NCBI GenBank assembly: GCA_000146045.2
Contig: BK006938.2
Coordinates: forward strand, 1,467,934-1,531,933
Reading direction: 5' to 3'
DNA from: TPA_inf: Saccharomyces
Taxonomy: Eukaryota
DNA length: 64,000 bases
Positions 45,673-58,387 of this stretch are shown one piece after another; the first letter of the stretch is position 1; the number at the start of each line of letters is the position of its first letter. Both the position numbers and the translations under genes were made by a program. Below the pieces are notes generated by a model. That model did not search any database, was not told the DNA's origin, and saw nothing but the letters and a program-made list of their open reading frames with translations.

Positions 45673-48600
45673 TTGCCATAGACTTTCTACGGAAGAAAAA
45701 CCATATAATCAGATTTTAAATAAAATTTTCCGAACTTTTATACTCCACGGTTTTGGAGTTGTTTGATTGCAGTGACAAGCAGTGCGCCATTAACACTATC
45801 CATCTTTCGTACAAAGTAAAGATAAAGTTATTTTCCTGAGGTGAGAACCGTAAATCTTTATAGACAAGGAGTATTTATAACTAAACTATTACCTTGTTAC
45901 TTATGGAATTAATCTTGACTAATAGGCAGATGATCAACAGTTATTGATTTTGAGTGAAAGTCCATAAAGTTACAGTATGTAATTACAGTACGTAATTAAG
46001 GAATGTCTGTAAATATATGCTCCTTTTTTTTTTTCCACTTACTATGATTTTAGTAAAGCACCATGATGATGTAGATGCGTAATACTCTATAAATGTAACA
46101 TCGTTAAAGCATTGGTTATTTTAATTTCATTCTATAAACCAATATTTCTGACAGCACATAAAAAATAAATGGACTATATTAACAGCAAATATCGGTTAAT
46201 CTAGGGCATAATTATTTAACATCAAAAAGAAAGTTGCTAGTTGTTCTAGTATTGCTCGGAGTACCTCAAACGGTAAAAAGATAATATTTGTTTCCGCTTT
46301 TATCATTGAATAGCTTAGAAATTCTCTCCCTAGCGACCATTTAAGGAATGTAGCTAACAAAAATGATTCAAGTATGTTGCTCCTAAGCAGATATGTACTC
46401 TATAAGTTGAATCACTATATCATTGAAATATAGTGGCGAGGGCGTACATAAAATCAAAGGAACTATGCAATAGACTCAATTAAATGCCACATAGCTATTT
46501 AAGACTCCAAATCTCCAATACAATCATTCGTTAAAGATTTTTTGTATTCTGCTGATATCTTTTTCTACAGTTTCTTGAGTGTCTAGTGATTGCATAAAAT
46601 GACCACAGTATTTTTAGTACTCATGGCCTGTATGCAATTGCAAGGAACGGTATTACTTTTACAAAAACCCTGCTTTCCGGCAAGTTCAGCTGTCATTTGG
46701 TAAGATTTTGAAAATAGTGGAAACAATGGATTATCAACGAATAGTCTTTAAACATAAGTGCTAAAATTCAAAACATCATTTGATGCGTGCGGTGCATTTT
46801 TTCGTGCTGAATGAACTTTTGGAGATATCTGCCTTCGCCAATGAATATGCATTACCATTAATTGCATAGTAACCGTATACATGAAAATGGAAATAATGAA
46901 CTGATTATTAAAAATAGCTAATGCAGGTGGGATTTGAGACATTGTGGTTATCCTGTCAGCCTGTATTTTGCGCTTTAAGGTATTTCATAAAAGTTAGAAT
47001 AAAATTTAAAAGTTCCATTCTATGAAACTGTAATTATAGGTATATACTATCATCTACCAATCTTACCCATGTATAGTTCTAATATTAAAGACAGAGTAGG
47101 TAAAAAAAAAAATGGTAATCAAAACGTGATCGCTTATATTCGGTATGGACAAGCTTTGAATATTCCCTAGAAAATGCAATAGTATGTCATAATGAAAGAA
47201 GATTGTAATACAATGCTTGGAATGTCGACCGGCAGAAACCCGTGTCACATGGCCTTATTCAACGTGACGTTGTGATATATGTAGAACATGCTTTAGATGA
47301 GGCGGTATTTGACTGTAGCATCTTCTAAAATGTGCTGATATTGTTAAATCTCAATCAAACTGAGAGAGTATGAGAGACTGAAAAAGTGGGATTCTGCCTG
47401 TGGTGCTAATATCCTTAAAATGCTAAACTGAAAGAAGTAATATAATCATATATATTGATCATGTATCATACAAAAGATGCATGTATTTTAGTAATATTAA
47501 CTGCTACTATGATGTAGTAGACGATCGATAATCGAATCTTGCGGTATATTCTAGGATCCTTCATGTTGAGTTAATCGGTTATACTTCTGTCGCTGTGGCA
47601 AACTGATGTATGCGCCAACTTGAGACCATTGTCTCCACATTACAGAGGTGCTTCTAAGTCATCTGTTTCTAAACACTTTAGCTTTCTATAATATTCTCTT
47701 CTAGCGACTTTCCTTTATTGTCCTATTATATAAAGCAATCATACACGGAAATGTAAACCCAGGTCGCTAGAGTGTGTATAAAGGAAGATTATTTTGAAAA
47801 TTATGAAAGTTTTCTAGATGTCTGTTTTCTTTATGCAGGATATTAAATACAAGTTTGTGCTTAAGAAATTTCCATGAAGATATCAACATTTATTGTAGGA
47901 ATTGCATAAATAGATGAATTATGTGCCGCTGGACGTTTATAGATAGCATAAGCACAATGACTTAAAGGTTATAATACTCATTGATATCACTCTGATTATA
48001 AAATCGTAATATGCGAATAGGTGAACTAATCGGAATAACCCATACGACACTTCAAGCTTCAATTCTATTTCAACTGTAGTGCCTGCTAGTGAAGAATACA
48101 AAAGTAGCATACGTGATGTGCAAAAAATGCGCTACTTATCACACAAGTACCTTGCGCAAGAAGGGTACTCTAAACCGGGGCCATCGCATTACCAGACGGA
48201 GATGTATTCTTTATGAAGCAATAATTGGAGGTGTATCAAGTTCGAAACTGCTGATGCTATGGATTTACATCTTTCTTATGCACAAGGCTTGCTTGTGTTT
48301 CTGAGTAGTTAGTTTTTAGATTTTTGTCAAGTCTGGGGTAAGTTAATTCGAGCAAAATTAACGGCACGTTATTCTAATGCATATGTTGTTCATATATTCT
48401 TTTACAAAGAGGTTTGGAATGATGTCACCGATGTTAGAATGTTAGGAGAATTTCATGTGAATTTTAGTCCAAGTGTTGAAGTTCTCTTCTGCAGTTAGGG
48501 CACGTACATGGCAACGATATCGTTTTTGATGTATTAATCTTAGTAGGCGTTGAGTTTGTATGTTACTTTTCTCAGGTGATGAAGCGTGATGACGATGACA

Positions 48601-49202
48601 AAAATGGGTTATAATAGGGCGCACTATCATCATGCGTGATTGATATTTAACCAATGTCTTGAGTACATCAACTCCAGAAAATGGGTCATTATATGCCTAG
48701 CATGTATTATTTGAGACATAAAGTTTTATCTCGAGACCTTGACGTATAGGAAAGATCTTAATCAAGTGACATTACTTTAAAATTTAAAGTATGTGCCATG
48801 TATACCATATACGATAGCAGAATGTGACACAAGCTATACCATACGTCTCTGATCGACATTCATGTATGGTATCGTCTATATCTTTGTTGCTTTAAAGGTT
48901 AGCGTATAGTAAGGTAAATTAACTATATGATCAATACTGTGTGTGTAGAGTACAATAAAATATATGGGAAGAACATAAAAAGTTCGTATTGTGACATGTT
49001 ATTGAGGCTATGGTAAGCGTAAGAGAGTTTTGTCTTTATACTGCTGTACATTATATGAGGTTTTGTTAAATTGACTCATAATAATCGAGATTCATTTCTC
49101 AAATATAATAATATCAAAAAATATGATATTAAAAAAGGTTTTCCTGTGGTAGTTTCTAAATCCTGCAAGAAAAAAAATAGACGGCCATATACAACTTTCT
49201 CA

Positions 49203-49742
49203 TTATATCTTCCTCCTTTTTATGCGTTGTTCTTCAGGCACTAGTCTCTTCCATTTTCTAATTTTTCCTCTAAAGTTTGTGAAAGGAGCAACCGTGTTGA
49301 TATGGATCCATTTATACACAGGCCACATAGCTTTAGTTGTAGCCCATTTTCTATTTCCCGCTTGAAAGAGCTCATCATCAGATAAAGTAGATATCCATTT
49401 ATAGACCTCGTTTACGGCCTCTCTCAGCTTGGCTCTTTGCTCCTTAATGGAGTAGATTCCGTATTTTTTATAAAATGACTGGTATAATCCTCCTAAATTG
49501 TTCCATTTATAACCAGGCGCAGGAGTTTCCACATTATACCCAGCAATTTCCTTTGCTTCCCACTCTAATAATAAATTAACCCAGCCCAATTGATAAGAGA
49601 GGTTTTCAGAGGGTGTTCTATCCACTGTTTCAACTTTTTCGTCTTTTTGAGATTCAGAGATTGTTTCAAATTCTGCATCATATTTTTCATATTTTTTTTC
49701 AATCTCTTCCTTTAGTTCTTTTTTACTGGTATATTCTCTCAT
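49203..49742 (-). CDS. IRC4: Protein of unknown function (increased recombination centers), 179 aa
   Basis: 179-aa [30 protein letters not shown]...; length and position match IRC4. Confidence 0.8.
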
Positions 49743-50526
49743 GATAGTTTTTTTTTTTTCAATTGTTATTATTTAATTCGTTTAATTACCAATCTATAGC
49801 GATGTAAGTCTCACTATTAGCCGCTATTAGATTTTTTTCCATTTGCCAATATTGATTTTTAATCGCATTCATTATTTGATCAAATTTATATTAGTATGTA
49901 CACACTCAAATAAAAGAAAATAGGGAAAAAAAATTTGCCTGCTTCAATTAGGCTTTTGGTACCTGATATCCGCTCGAGATTAAGTGCGGCCCTCTCCACC
50001 CGATAAGGAACAAAGGGCATGCTTCCTTTTTTAGCTTTACGCACTATTGTCAAATTGTTTATATAAACAGGCTGATATAGAATTCATCCTGAAAACAATG
50101 GTAAAGTTTTTCTTATTGCACTTCGCTATCCTAAATTCAGGGTTGAGATTTCTTTCTCTTTATGAATTAATGTACGATACGCTTCAGCCTTTCGGCAGTG
50201 CATACATATCCTAGCGCGCTGATAGTTGGCCACGTCACTTTCTTGCGCTCCGTAGCATCATTGTTCTTTGACGTAAGAACGCAAACTCTGGCATTATGGA
50301 ATGCATACCGGTATCTGATAATAAAAATCTTGGATACTTTCCTACAGGCCATCCGGAATCATGTCAGCACAAGAAACAACCATATTCCACTACTGAGGTT
50401 CTTATGATAGTACCATATACTTACAGCGTTAGACGATAACAACAAATATAATATTAATTGAGCAAAGTTCTTTACTGTCATTCAAATCGGTGAGTAAGAG
50501 TAAAAATTGACAATGAAATAACATCT

Positions 50527-50876
50527 ATGAATGAAATCAAGGGAAGTTTCTGAAGTAAAAATTGACCATTATTCACTACTAGTAGTCGCGTTATTAAGAT
50601 AATATACTGAATGGAGTTAAAGATGAGATAAATGATGAGAAACAGTCTGCGAGTATAATGGAACATGAAGCGCAAGGGCTGATTTTGTAATAAGATAATG
50701 AATGAAAACGTGTAAAACAGATAAAGAAATAAAACAGATTAATGTGTAGAATTATCGATTCCCTTTTATGGATCTCTATGTCCCCGAGGAGCACTTCTAG
50801 TGTATTCTGTATAAGTAATAATATTATCTCAAGCAATAATGAATTCCCAATAATTATCTCAAAATCCACTCACTCA
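50527..50876 (+). mobile_element. Degenerate solo Ty1/Ty2 delta LTR
   Basis: Runs collinear with the delta consensus: ...gaagcgcaagggctgattttgtaataagataatgaatg...gtgtagaattatcgattcccttttatggatctctatgtccccgaggagcacttctagtgtattctgtataagtaataatattatctcaagcaataatgaattcccaataattatctcaaaatccactcactca. Many substitutions indicate an old insertion. Confidence 0.8.
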
Positions 50877-51730
50877 TAATAATTATATATGACGCATTTA
50901 ATTTCAGCTCTATGTGCATAACATTAAAATGGAAGATCAAAAATTACACTCTTCACACATAAGTGCAAAATATAGAATCATTTAAGCAATATTGCATCCT
51001 GCATATGATTCTGCGTTTTTTTTTTTTTCATTTTGAGCAGAGGAGATTGAGCAAGGATTTACGCTTGCACAAAGTATCCTTGACTTGAAAAGGAAGTTAA
51101 AATCGCATGAGAAATGCAATAACTTTATCGGTACGCCATATAACATATGAACATTTTTTAGTAATATTATAGAAGAGGTGATTGAAACGAGATAGTACGC
51201 GTAGCAAAACAATGGTAACTAGTGAGATACATTACCAAATTATCCCTGTACTCTTGTGATTTCGCATCAATTTTTCCATATGTTGAATTACAGAATTCCA
51301 AAGGCAGGATCTCTGATCTACTGTTTTCTATAATTTCTTTGATTCCATCTGATATTACGCCTAAAAAGTATAAGTCTTTCAACGACTTATACTTCATAAT
51401 TACATAATACGGTTACACATATAGGTATCTTAAATTGATCACAAGAGTGATCCAAGTAAGTGTGGAGTACCTTTATCACCATTCACTGAATATTAGTATA
51501 TTTAGATGCACGAAATGGGTACTTTTTAAATACCAAGCATTTACGATTTCCATTTTTTTTATTTTCTATAAAAAGATTTTATCATGGTTAGTCTGAAGAG
51601 TCAATGGTACTACAAAAATTTATAAAGAGGTTCGAAAAGGCTTGATATGCCAGCATACACTAAATATGACTTATGGTTTCGCTTGATTATTTTGGCTTCA
51701 CATAATTGCGAGATTATGTGTGGTATGGCG

Positions 51731-52765
51731 TCATAATCTGTTCTGCTTCTTCAAAATTTGGGCAGCAGTATCATGGACACTTTCGTGTAAACTTCTGAAC
51801 TCAAAGCCAAGTATTTTCCTCGTTGCACTATTATCTGTAGTTGAACCGCGGTCAATGACTTGATCACCTGTGCCAGGCTTACCCAAAGGAATGAGACCTC
51901 TTAATTGTGGAAAATCTTCGTTCAAAATATCCAGGATATCTTGGTTTCCAAATTTACCGTTAGTTACCACTAATCTTTTACCCGCGGTATTTTCCTTCTG
52001 GAAAGCATACAGATGAGCTAGGGCCACATCCCTTACATCAATAAAAATGGAATGAAAATCAGGAACACTGGCATTTACTGGGGTATGAATTAGGCCATTG
52101 ATCATTTCGCAAGAAGTATTCAAATGGCCATGCACATCTTCATCGAAAAGTTGAGGACCAAAAAGAAGAGAAGGGTTGACTGTTGTTAGTTTGAATTTGA
52201 TGTGATCTTCATTCTCTTTTGTGAACTCCCAGGCAGCCTTTTCAGCAAACTTCTTGGATGCAAAGTAAGCATTTATCCCATCAATTTGACAGCTTTCCCA
52301 GGTTGCTTCGTTCCAACTCTCTTCTGTAAAAACCACACTGGGATCGTCCATCTTTGCAAGGGTTATAATAGCAGTACAAGAAGAAGTCACAACAACACGC
52401 TCTACAGTGTCTGCTGCATATTTCTTGATAGAATTTAGGATGTTTTTTGTACCTTCTAACGCGGGAATCAATAAGTCTTTTTCATATTCGGTAGTATCAT
52501 AATGAAAAGGAGAGGCCGTGTGTAGAACATACCTAATCTCACGTCCACGTTTCTGCAGAACCTTATCGAAAGCATTTGGATGAGAAATGTCCGGAACAAT
52601 TTCTAAAGTTAAATTAGGGTTATGTTGAAATTGTCTTAGCAATTTTGCTTCTTTTTCATGGGATCTCACAGTTCCAATAACCTTATAATCTTGTTTTAAC
52701 AATTGTGACAGGATATGCAAGGCAATAAAACCTGAAGCGCCAGAAACTAGAACTGTATTAGACAT
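51731..52765 (-). CDS. YDR541C: NADPH-dependent aldehyde/carbonyl reductase of the short-chain dehydrogenase family (GRE2/ARI1 paralog), 344 aa from MSNTVLVSGASGFIA
   Basis: Rossmann motif VLVSGASGFIALH. The 396-aa track ORF carries an N-terminal extension; the ATG at the complement of 52763-52765 gives 344 aa. Confidence 0.85.
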   Translation of the reverse strand: MSNTVLVSGASGFIALHILSQLLKQDYKVIGTVRSHEKEAKLLRQFQHNPNLTLEIVPDISHPNAFDKVLQKRGREIRYVLHTASPFHYDTTEYEKDLLIPALEGTKNILNSIKKYAADTVERVVVTSSCTAIITLAKMDDPSVVFTEESWNEATWESCQIDGINAYFASKKFAEKAAWEFTKENEDHIKFKLTTVNPSLLFGPQLFDEDVHGHLNTSCEMINGLIHTPVNASVPDFHSIFIDVRDVALAHLYAFQKENTAGKRLVVTNGKFGNQDILDILNEDFPQLRGLIPLGKPGTGDQVIDRGSTTDNSATRKILGFEFRSLHESVHDTAAQILKKQNRL

Positions 52766-55315
52766 GGTGTGAAACGAACGAAAGCTTTCAATTAATCTAG
52801 AAGGAGGAACCAAAGTTGTTGAACGGATTAAATAAGGGAGTACAGGTATGCTTATATAGTGGAAAAGTGTTCTTCGAACCTTTCGATGAAATAAAAAGAA
52901 TGGAAACGGGCCTTGTGACAAAGCTCGCAGGGGCCTGTATTATATCATATCCCTTTACAAACAAATTTTCCGAAAAGAAAAGAAACAATTTCTTCTCTCT
53001 CAGAAAATTAACGTATTATCGATTCTGTCGTTTTACACACTTTACTGTTAATTTTCTTTTCTGCATCGCGTTACCTACTCTTTACCATAATAGTCAAAAT
53101 GTACGATCGCATGCATGTTCGCTGCGGCACCCAAAATAGATAGAGTGGATTACAATTTAGGCTATAGAACATAAACAAAAAGTATATGCAAATAAAAGAG
53201 GCTTGAACAAATCAAGAAAGAAGGAGGGCAAGAAAGTCTTTTGTGTGAATTTTTACAGTCCATTTATTGTAACTTAGAAATCAAATTGTGCGACTGGCCA
53301 TTGTTGCTGTATTTAATAATGTCGTATAACACTCTAAGATTCCGTAATGATTCAAAAGCAGAAATTCGTTGGCTCTAGAGTCTTAAACAACTTACGCAAC
53401 TACATATATTCATGATTCAAACAGAATGTACCTTTAAAGGTTAGAAATACGACCTCTAATCTGCTTTAAGCAGATGATGCAAGTGCCTTCATGTGGTTAA
53501 TATATGTGCTATCGTATTAAAAAAAGTTTCCCTTCTCACGTGTCAATAAAGCATCACGAAAACATTCAATACTAGTGTTTTTCGCACAGAAACTTGCCAA
53601 ATAGGCACCTTTATGCAGCACAATAATTAAAAATGCCCAACGTGACACATTCCAAGGTAATTTTGAAAAATCGTAAGCGCCATTCGTGAAACAGAATAGT
53701 GTTACACCCGTGAGAGTAATAGCGAAGTCAACTTAAGCAGATATTGCTACTTTAATCCGCTTATGCTGAATCCATATTCATCTTTTATCAGCTTTGGACG
53801 AGAAATTAGTTGTCTTTTAGGCAATGTTCGTGAGTAAGTTGGAGAAAAGATCTGTTTCAAAAGAGTCAACTTGAAGTAATGTCTCAAAAAAAAAAATGAT
53901 AGTATTGCTTGCTCAAGTGCTAATTATATCTTTTCCTTGACAAAAGTACAAGTTATGCGTCTCCATCGGAAGTATTTTAAGTAGAAATATTAGGTACCAA
54001 AAGAAGTAAAAAATTAAAGCTATTCTTATTGGGTCACACTGACTTAAAAATTAAAGGAAAATATTTAATTGCATGTTATTTTGTTTAACTACTATCTTAC
54101 TTCCACTGGTCCACCGGACCCTCAGGCTTCCTTGCCTTGTGGAACCAGTTTTTTTCTATCGAGAGGAAATTCTCCAGTCTAGTGATATTCCATATGAGAA
54201 TGGAACACAGGTAAGCAAGGCAGTGGTGCTGATTAATGCGTTGAGAGTGCCAACAGAAAGAACAGAAGCTTGTTTGGGCAGGATATGTACAAGAATGAGG
54301 AATTTTTCTTTAACAGGGCTAATTTTGTAGTTTTCTTTTGAGCGATACTTAAATAGCATTTTAGATTCAGAAAAAATGCGTTGCCTAGTTATTGAGCATT
54401 AAACTGCGCCCATAAATTCAGGAGGCACTACCAACCCCTGCCACAGAATATTTACTAGGTATAAGTGTTTAACAGTTGCAAGAACCAAGCACATAGATGA
54501 AATTATTCAACAGAAGATTCAAAACGTAAAATAAAAAATATTAGCGCCATCCACTGGCCTCTGTACTCTTTTCTTTTCTTTCTTTTTTTTTTTTAACAAG
54601 AAAAATGGTACCCGGGTATCGAAGATGTTTCATTACACAAAACCTTGGCACATGATTCAATTCACCCTAACATCAATTAACTCTATTCGAGAAACATGTG
54701 CAGCTAACTGTAGCTACCTCGTTTATATATCGCATTCATTCTTGATTGTGGTATCTAATTTCGAATGCCTTAGTGATAGTGAACGGCATCGTAAGCTTCC
54801 ACGGGTAGGTACGACTCTCAGTACATCATTGCTATTTCACTTCAGCTTGGGAAAAGAAACTGTAACATTATCCCGCGGCAATCGTTTAGAGCATACTAAT
54901 ATAGGCTAAGACAATAGCTTCCGAACGAGGGTCCTTGAAAAAGAAATATGACAGGCACGTAAAAGGGTTCTTCGAAGGCACATGGCGCCCCTATAACGTC
55001 GATCTTACATTGCACGCATACGAATACACATTGGCGCCGCAAAACATATCTTCATATACGAAGTTTGTGACGAATTCACGAATCGTTCAAGGACAGGTGC
55101 ATTTCTATAGTTACGGTGGATAAGGTGTGTTAGATGAAATATGTAGGATCTTGAGGTGAGAAAAGAGTGTCAGTCAGTGGCTCGTTTGGGCAGCACCAGC
55201 TGGTGAAGGAATTTGTATAAATAGAGCAGACTTGACCGCCTGTCTTTGTGAATATGCAGTCATTTTTTTCTTCCTAGTAGGGCTTATATCAGCACTAAAA
55301 AACAAAACAAATACA

Positions 55316-55678
55316 ATGGTCAAATTAACTTCAATCGCCGCTGGTGTCGCTGCCATCGCTGCTACTGCTTCCGCAACCACCACTCTAGCTCAATCTGACG
55401 AAAGAGTCAACTTGGTTGAATTGGGTGTCTACGTCTCTGATATCAGAGCTCACTTGGCCCAATACTACATGTTCCAAGCCGCCCACCCAACGGAAACCTA
55501 CCCAGTTGAAGTTGCTGAAGCCGTTTTCAACTACGGTGACTTCACCACCATGTTGACTGGTATTGCCCCAGACCAAGTGACCAGAATGATCACCGGTGTT
55601 CCATGGTACTCCAGCAGATTAAAGCCAGCCATCTCCAGTGCTCTATCCAAGGTCGGTATCTACACTATCGCAAACTAG
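55316..55678 (+). CDS. PAU10: Seripauperin, 120 aa
   Basis: [51 protein letters not shown]... with the conserved PAU core. The flanking DNA is homologous to other PAU subtelomeric blocks. Confidence 0.9.
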   Translation: MVKLTSIAAGVAAIAATASATTTLAQSDERVNLVELGVYVSDIRAHLAQYYMFQAAHPTETYPVEVAEAVFNYGDFTTMLTGIAPDQVTRMITGVPWYSSRLKPAISSALSKVGIYTIAN

Positions 55679-56699
55679 AGACAAACGCCAATTTTACGAA
55701 CGGGTTTCCATAGACATTGAAAATGAACGAACAAAATAAAATAAATAAAAAACTACTTTTTTTTGATGATATAAATACCGTAGATTATATAAATGTATAT
55801 TAATATTATAAACCTATTTGATCAATGACAGTGTTCGTGAAGCATTTTATGAATACGATGAACATAAGAAAGAAACTTTTACACTATTGTAGAAAAAGCG
55901 TGGACGGTAATAAAGCTAACAGAGTATTTCCAATAAACAATAATGAAATTGGAAACGTATGACTTCGCAGCACTTTGTCTTTCCATAAAAATGTGTCGCT
56001 GCTTCTTTTTTCATTTTTTGGCGCGTCGCGTCGGGCCGTATAGAATATGCGTCACTTCTAAGAACAAGACTGCAGATCAGGGCAGTGCGAGTTACAAGTC
56101 ATGGTACCAAACTCTCATTTGGAGATCCTCATTTTTTGACACCTAAAATATTAAGATTTATGGTTTGGGATAGTTTTTTGTAACTGTAACTAGAAATAAA
56201 GCTGAGGGGTTAGTGTTCTACCAAAACTAAGATAGAGGGTGGTAAGATGAAGTGAGATGAGACAATATCGTAATATCCGTTTAAGTATACGCCGCTGATA
56301 AGTTATAATATAGTAGGGTTATTTGAAGTTTCGTTATAACTCTACAAAAACAACGTACCTATCACCGTATCGTCTTGTTCAGATATAGTCTCTTCGTATG
56401 AGTAGTGTCACATACAAGATTAAAGATGCATCAGTTATCCTTTTAGGATATTGCGGTTAGCATATGGGAATGGAAATAGGATGCCATTGTATCATAGCAC
56501 CCGCATGAGTGTGAACACACTACCGTATTATAGCTCAGTGAATAGAGAGTGTTACGACAGTGAGGTGGCATAGTATTCTAATGTAAGGTCTGTGTAAGTA
56601 AGAAATATCCTGAAATGGCATCCGTTCAAGCAAATTGCAATATTAAGGAACTTTTACGTTAGTGATACCATGATAGTGTTGCTACCACAAGTCAATATG

Positions 56700-57165
56700 T
56701 TTATGTATTATTGTTGAAGGATAGAATATTTTTATGTTTAGGTGATTTTGGTGGTGATTTTTCTGTAATATTGGCATAAGTGTATATAAATTGAGTGGTT
56801 AGTATACGGTGTAAAAGCGGTATAACGTATGTATTAAGAGCAGTTTTACAATATTTGGGGCCGCCGAATGAGATATAGATATTAAAATGTGGATAATCAT
56901 GGGCGTTATGGGTAAATGGCACAGGGTATAGACCGCTGAGGCAAGTGCCGTGTATAATGATGTGAGTGCATTTGTACTGATTTAGTGAGAGATGGGCCAT
57001 GGAGTGGAGTGGAATGTGAGAGTAGGGTAAGTTTGAGATGATATATACTGTAGCATCCGTGTGCGTATGGCATATCAGTATACAAGTGAAGGTGAGTATG
57101 GCATGTGGTGGTGGGATTAGAGTGGTAGAGTAAGTATGTGTGTATTATTTACGATCATTTGTTAG
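56700..57165 (+). repeat. Subtelomeric X element core
   Basis: Collinear with the X core as I remember it from other chromosome ends (...ggaacttttacgttagtgataccatgatagtgttgctaccacaag...tatttttatgtttaggtgat...ttacgatcatttgttagcgtttcaatag). Confidence 0.75.
56730..56740 (+). promoter_or_regulatory. ARS consensus sequence (11/11 match, TTTTATGTTTA) of the X-core ARS
   Basis: Exact WTTTAYRTTTW match at the centromere-proximal end of the X core. Confidence 0.75.
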
Positions 57166-57428
57166 CGTTTCAATAGTGGTGGGTAGAACAATAGTATGGT
57201 GAGTAGTAGATGGGAGATGGTAGGGTAAGTGGTAGTGGAGTTGGATATGGGTAATTGGAGGGTAACGGTTATGGTGGACGGTCGGTTGGTGGTAGTACAC
57301 AGGGAGATGGATGGTGGTTGGGGTGGTATAGTTGAATGAGTCAGGGTAACGAGTGGGGAGGTAGGGTAATGGAGGGTAATTTGAGAGACAGGTTGGTCAG
57401 GCTTGGCTTGTCTTAGTCTTAGGCTTAG
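57166..57428 (+). repeat. X element combinatorial repeats (STR-D/C/B/A)
   Basis: The GT-rich degenerate repeats ggtgggtag...ggtagggtaa...ggagggtaa...cttaggcttaggc between the X core and the TG tract. Confidence 0.7.
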
Positions 57429-57535
57429 GCTTCTCTCTGGTGTGGGTGTGTGGGTGTGTGGGTGTGGTGTGGGTGTGGGTGTGGTGTGGGTGTGGTGGGT
57501 GTGGTGTGGTGTGTGTGGGTGTGGTGTGGTGTGTA
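57429..57535 (+). repeat. Internal TG(1-3) telomeric repeat tract between X and Y'
   Basis: ~107 bp of irregular (TG)1-3 repeats (tggtgtgggtgtgtgggtgtg...). The G-rich strand runs 5'->3' towards the window end, as expected for a right telomere. Confidence 0.92.
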
Positions 57536-58387
57536 TATATATGTCACTGTATTGCATGCTGGATGGTGTTAGACAAGGCCGTAGGGACATATAGCATCTA
57601 GGAAGTAACCTTGTACGAAAATAGGCAATATTTCCTGTTTAGGCGATTGTGACGCAGATTTTAGTCCAACGATCTAGCGTCAAGGAATTTTTTTATAGTG
57701 GGACATTGCACCAAGGAAGTAACTTGATACGTCGTGGGTGAATGGGTCTGTTTTCTTATTCGGCGGGGTAATACATTTTTGGGGGAAGTTTGTCTGTCTG
57801 ACGCGCCATATGTAGGTACGCCAAAAAGGGCTCCTCTACTTCGAAGCGCGAGGTCGTATACCTAATAAGGAAATGTAATTTATAACTTTCTATTATATTG
57901 GTCTTTTCGAGAGCGGAAGAAGTTGTAGGCTAAGCGCAGGCTAAGCGTAGGTCCATATTTAAAGTATCCAAGAGAATATCCACGAAGCGGCTGAGCAACG
58001 AACAGAATCCTGGTTCTCCTCGACTAAGCAGATAGTTAAGATACTGTGCACCATGGAAATTGAAAACGAAAGTACGTACCGACTACTTTATTTTTGCAGG
58101 CCGGAAATCAAGCGATGAATGAGACATCCTTCTGTTTTCTATGTTGGGACAGACAGTCGCTTATCTTAGTGAGATTTCTTATTAACTGAATTTTCTTTGC
58201 TGCTGCTGGAGATTTGCACCTGCATAGCGCAGATTCTGCTTCTTCTCAATAGAGTAGCTTAATTATTACATTCTTAGATGATGATAAGACGGAAACTGGA
58301 CAATCTTTTGTTTATATTGATGGATTTCTTGTCAAAAAGCATAACAATCAACATACTATTGTTAATTTCGAAACTTACAAAAATAAA

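Noticed and set aside
56701-57590. 99-aa and 142-aa minus-strand ORFs (YDR543C/YDR544C positions) with a His/Thr/Pro-rich translation
   Set aside because: They lie within the X core, STRs and TG1-3 tract. The 'protein' is simply a translation of telomeric-type repeats.
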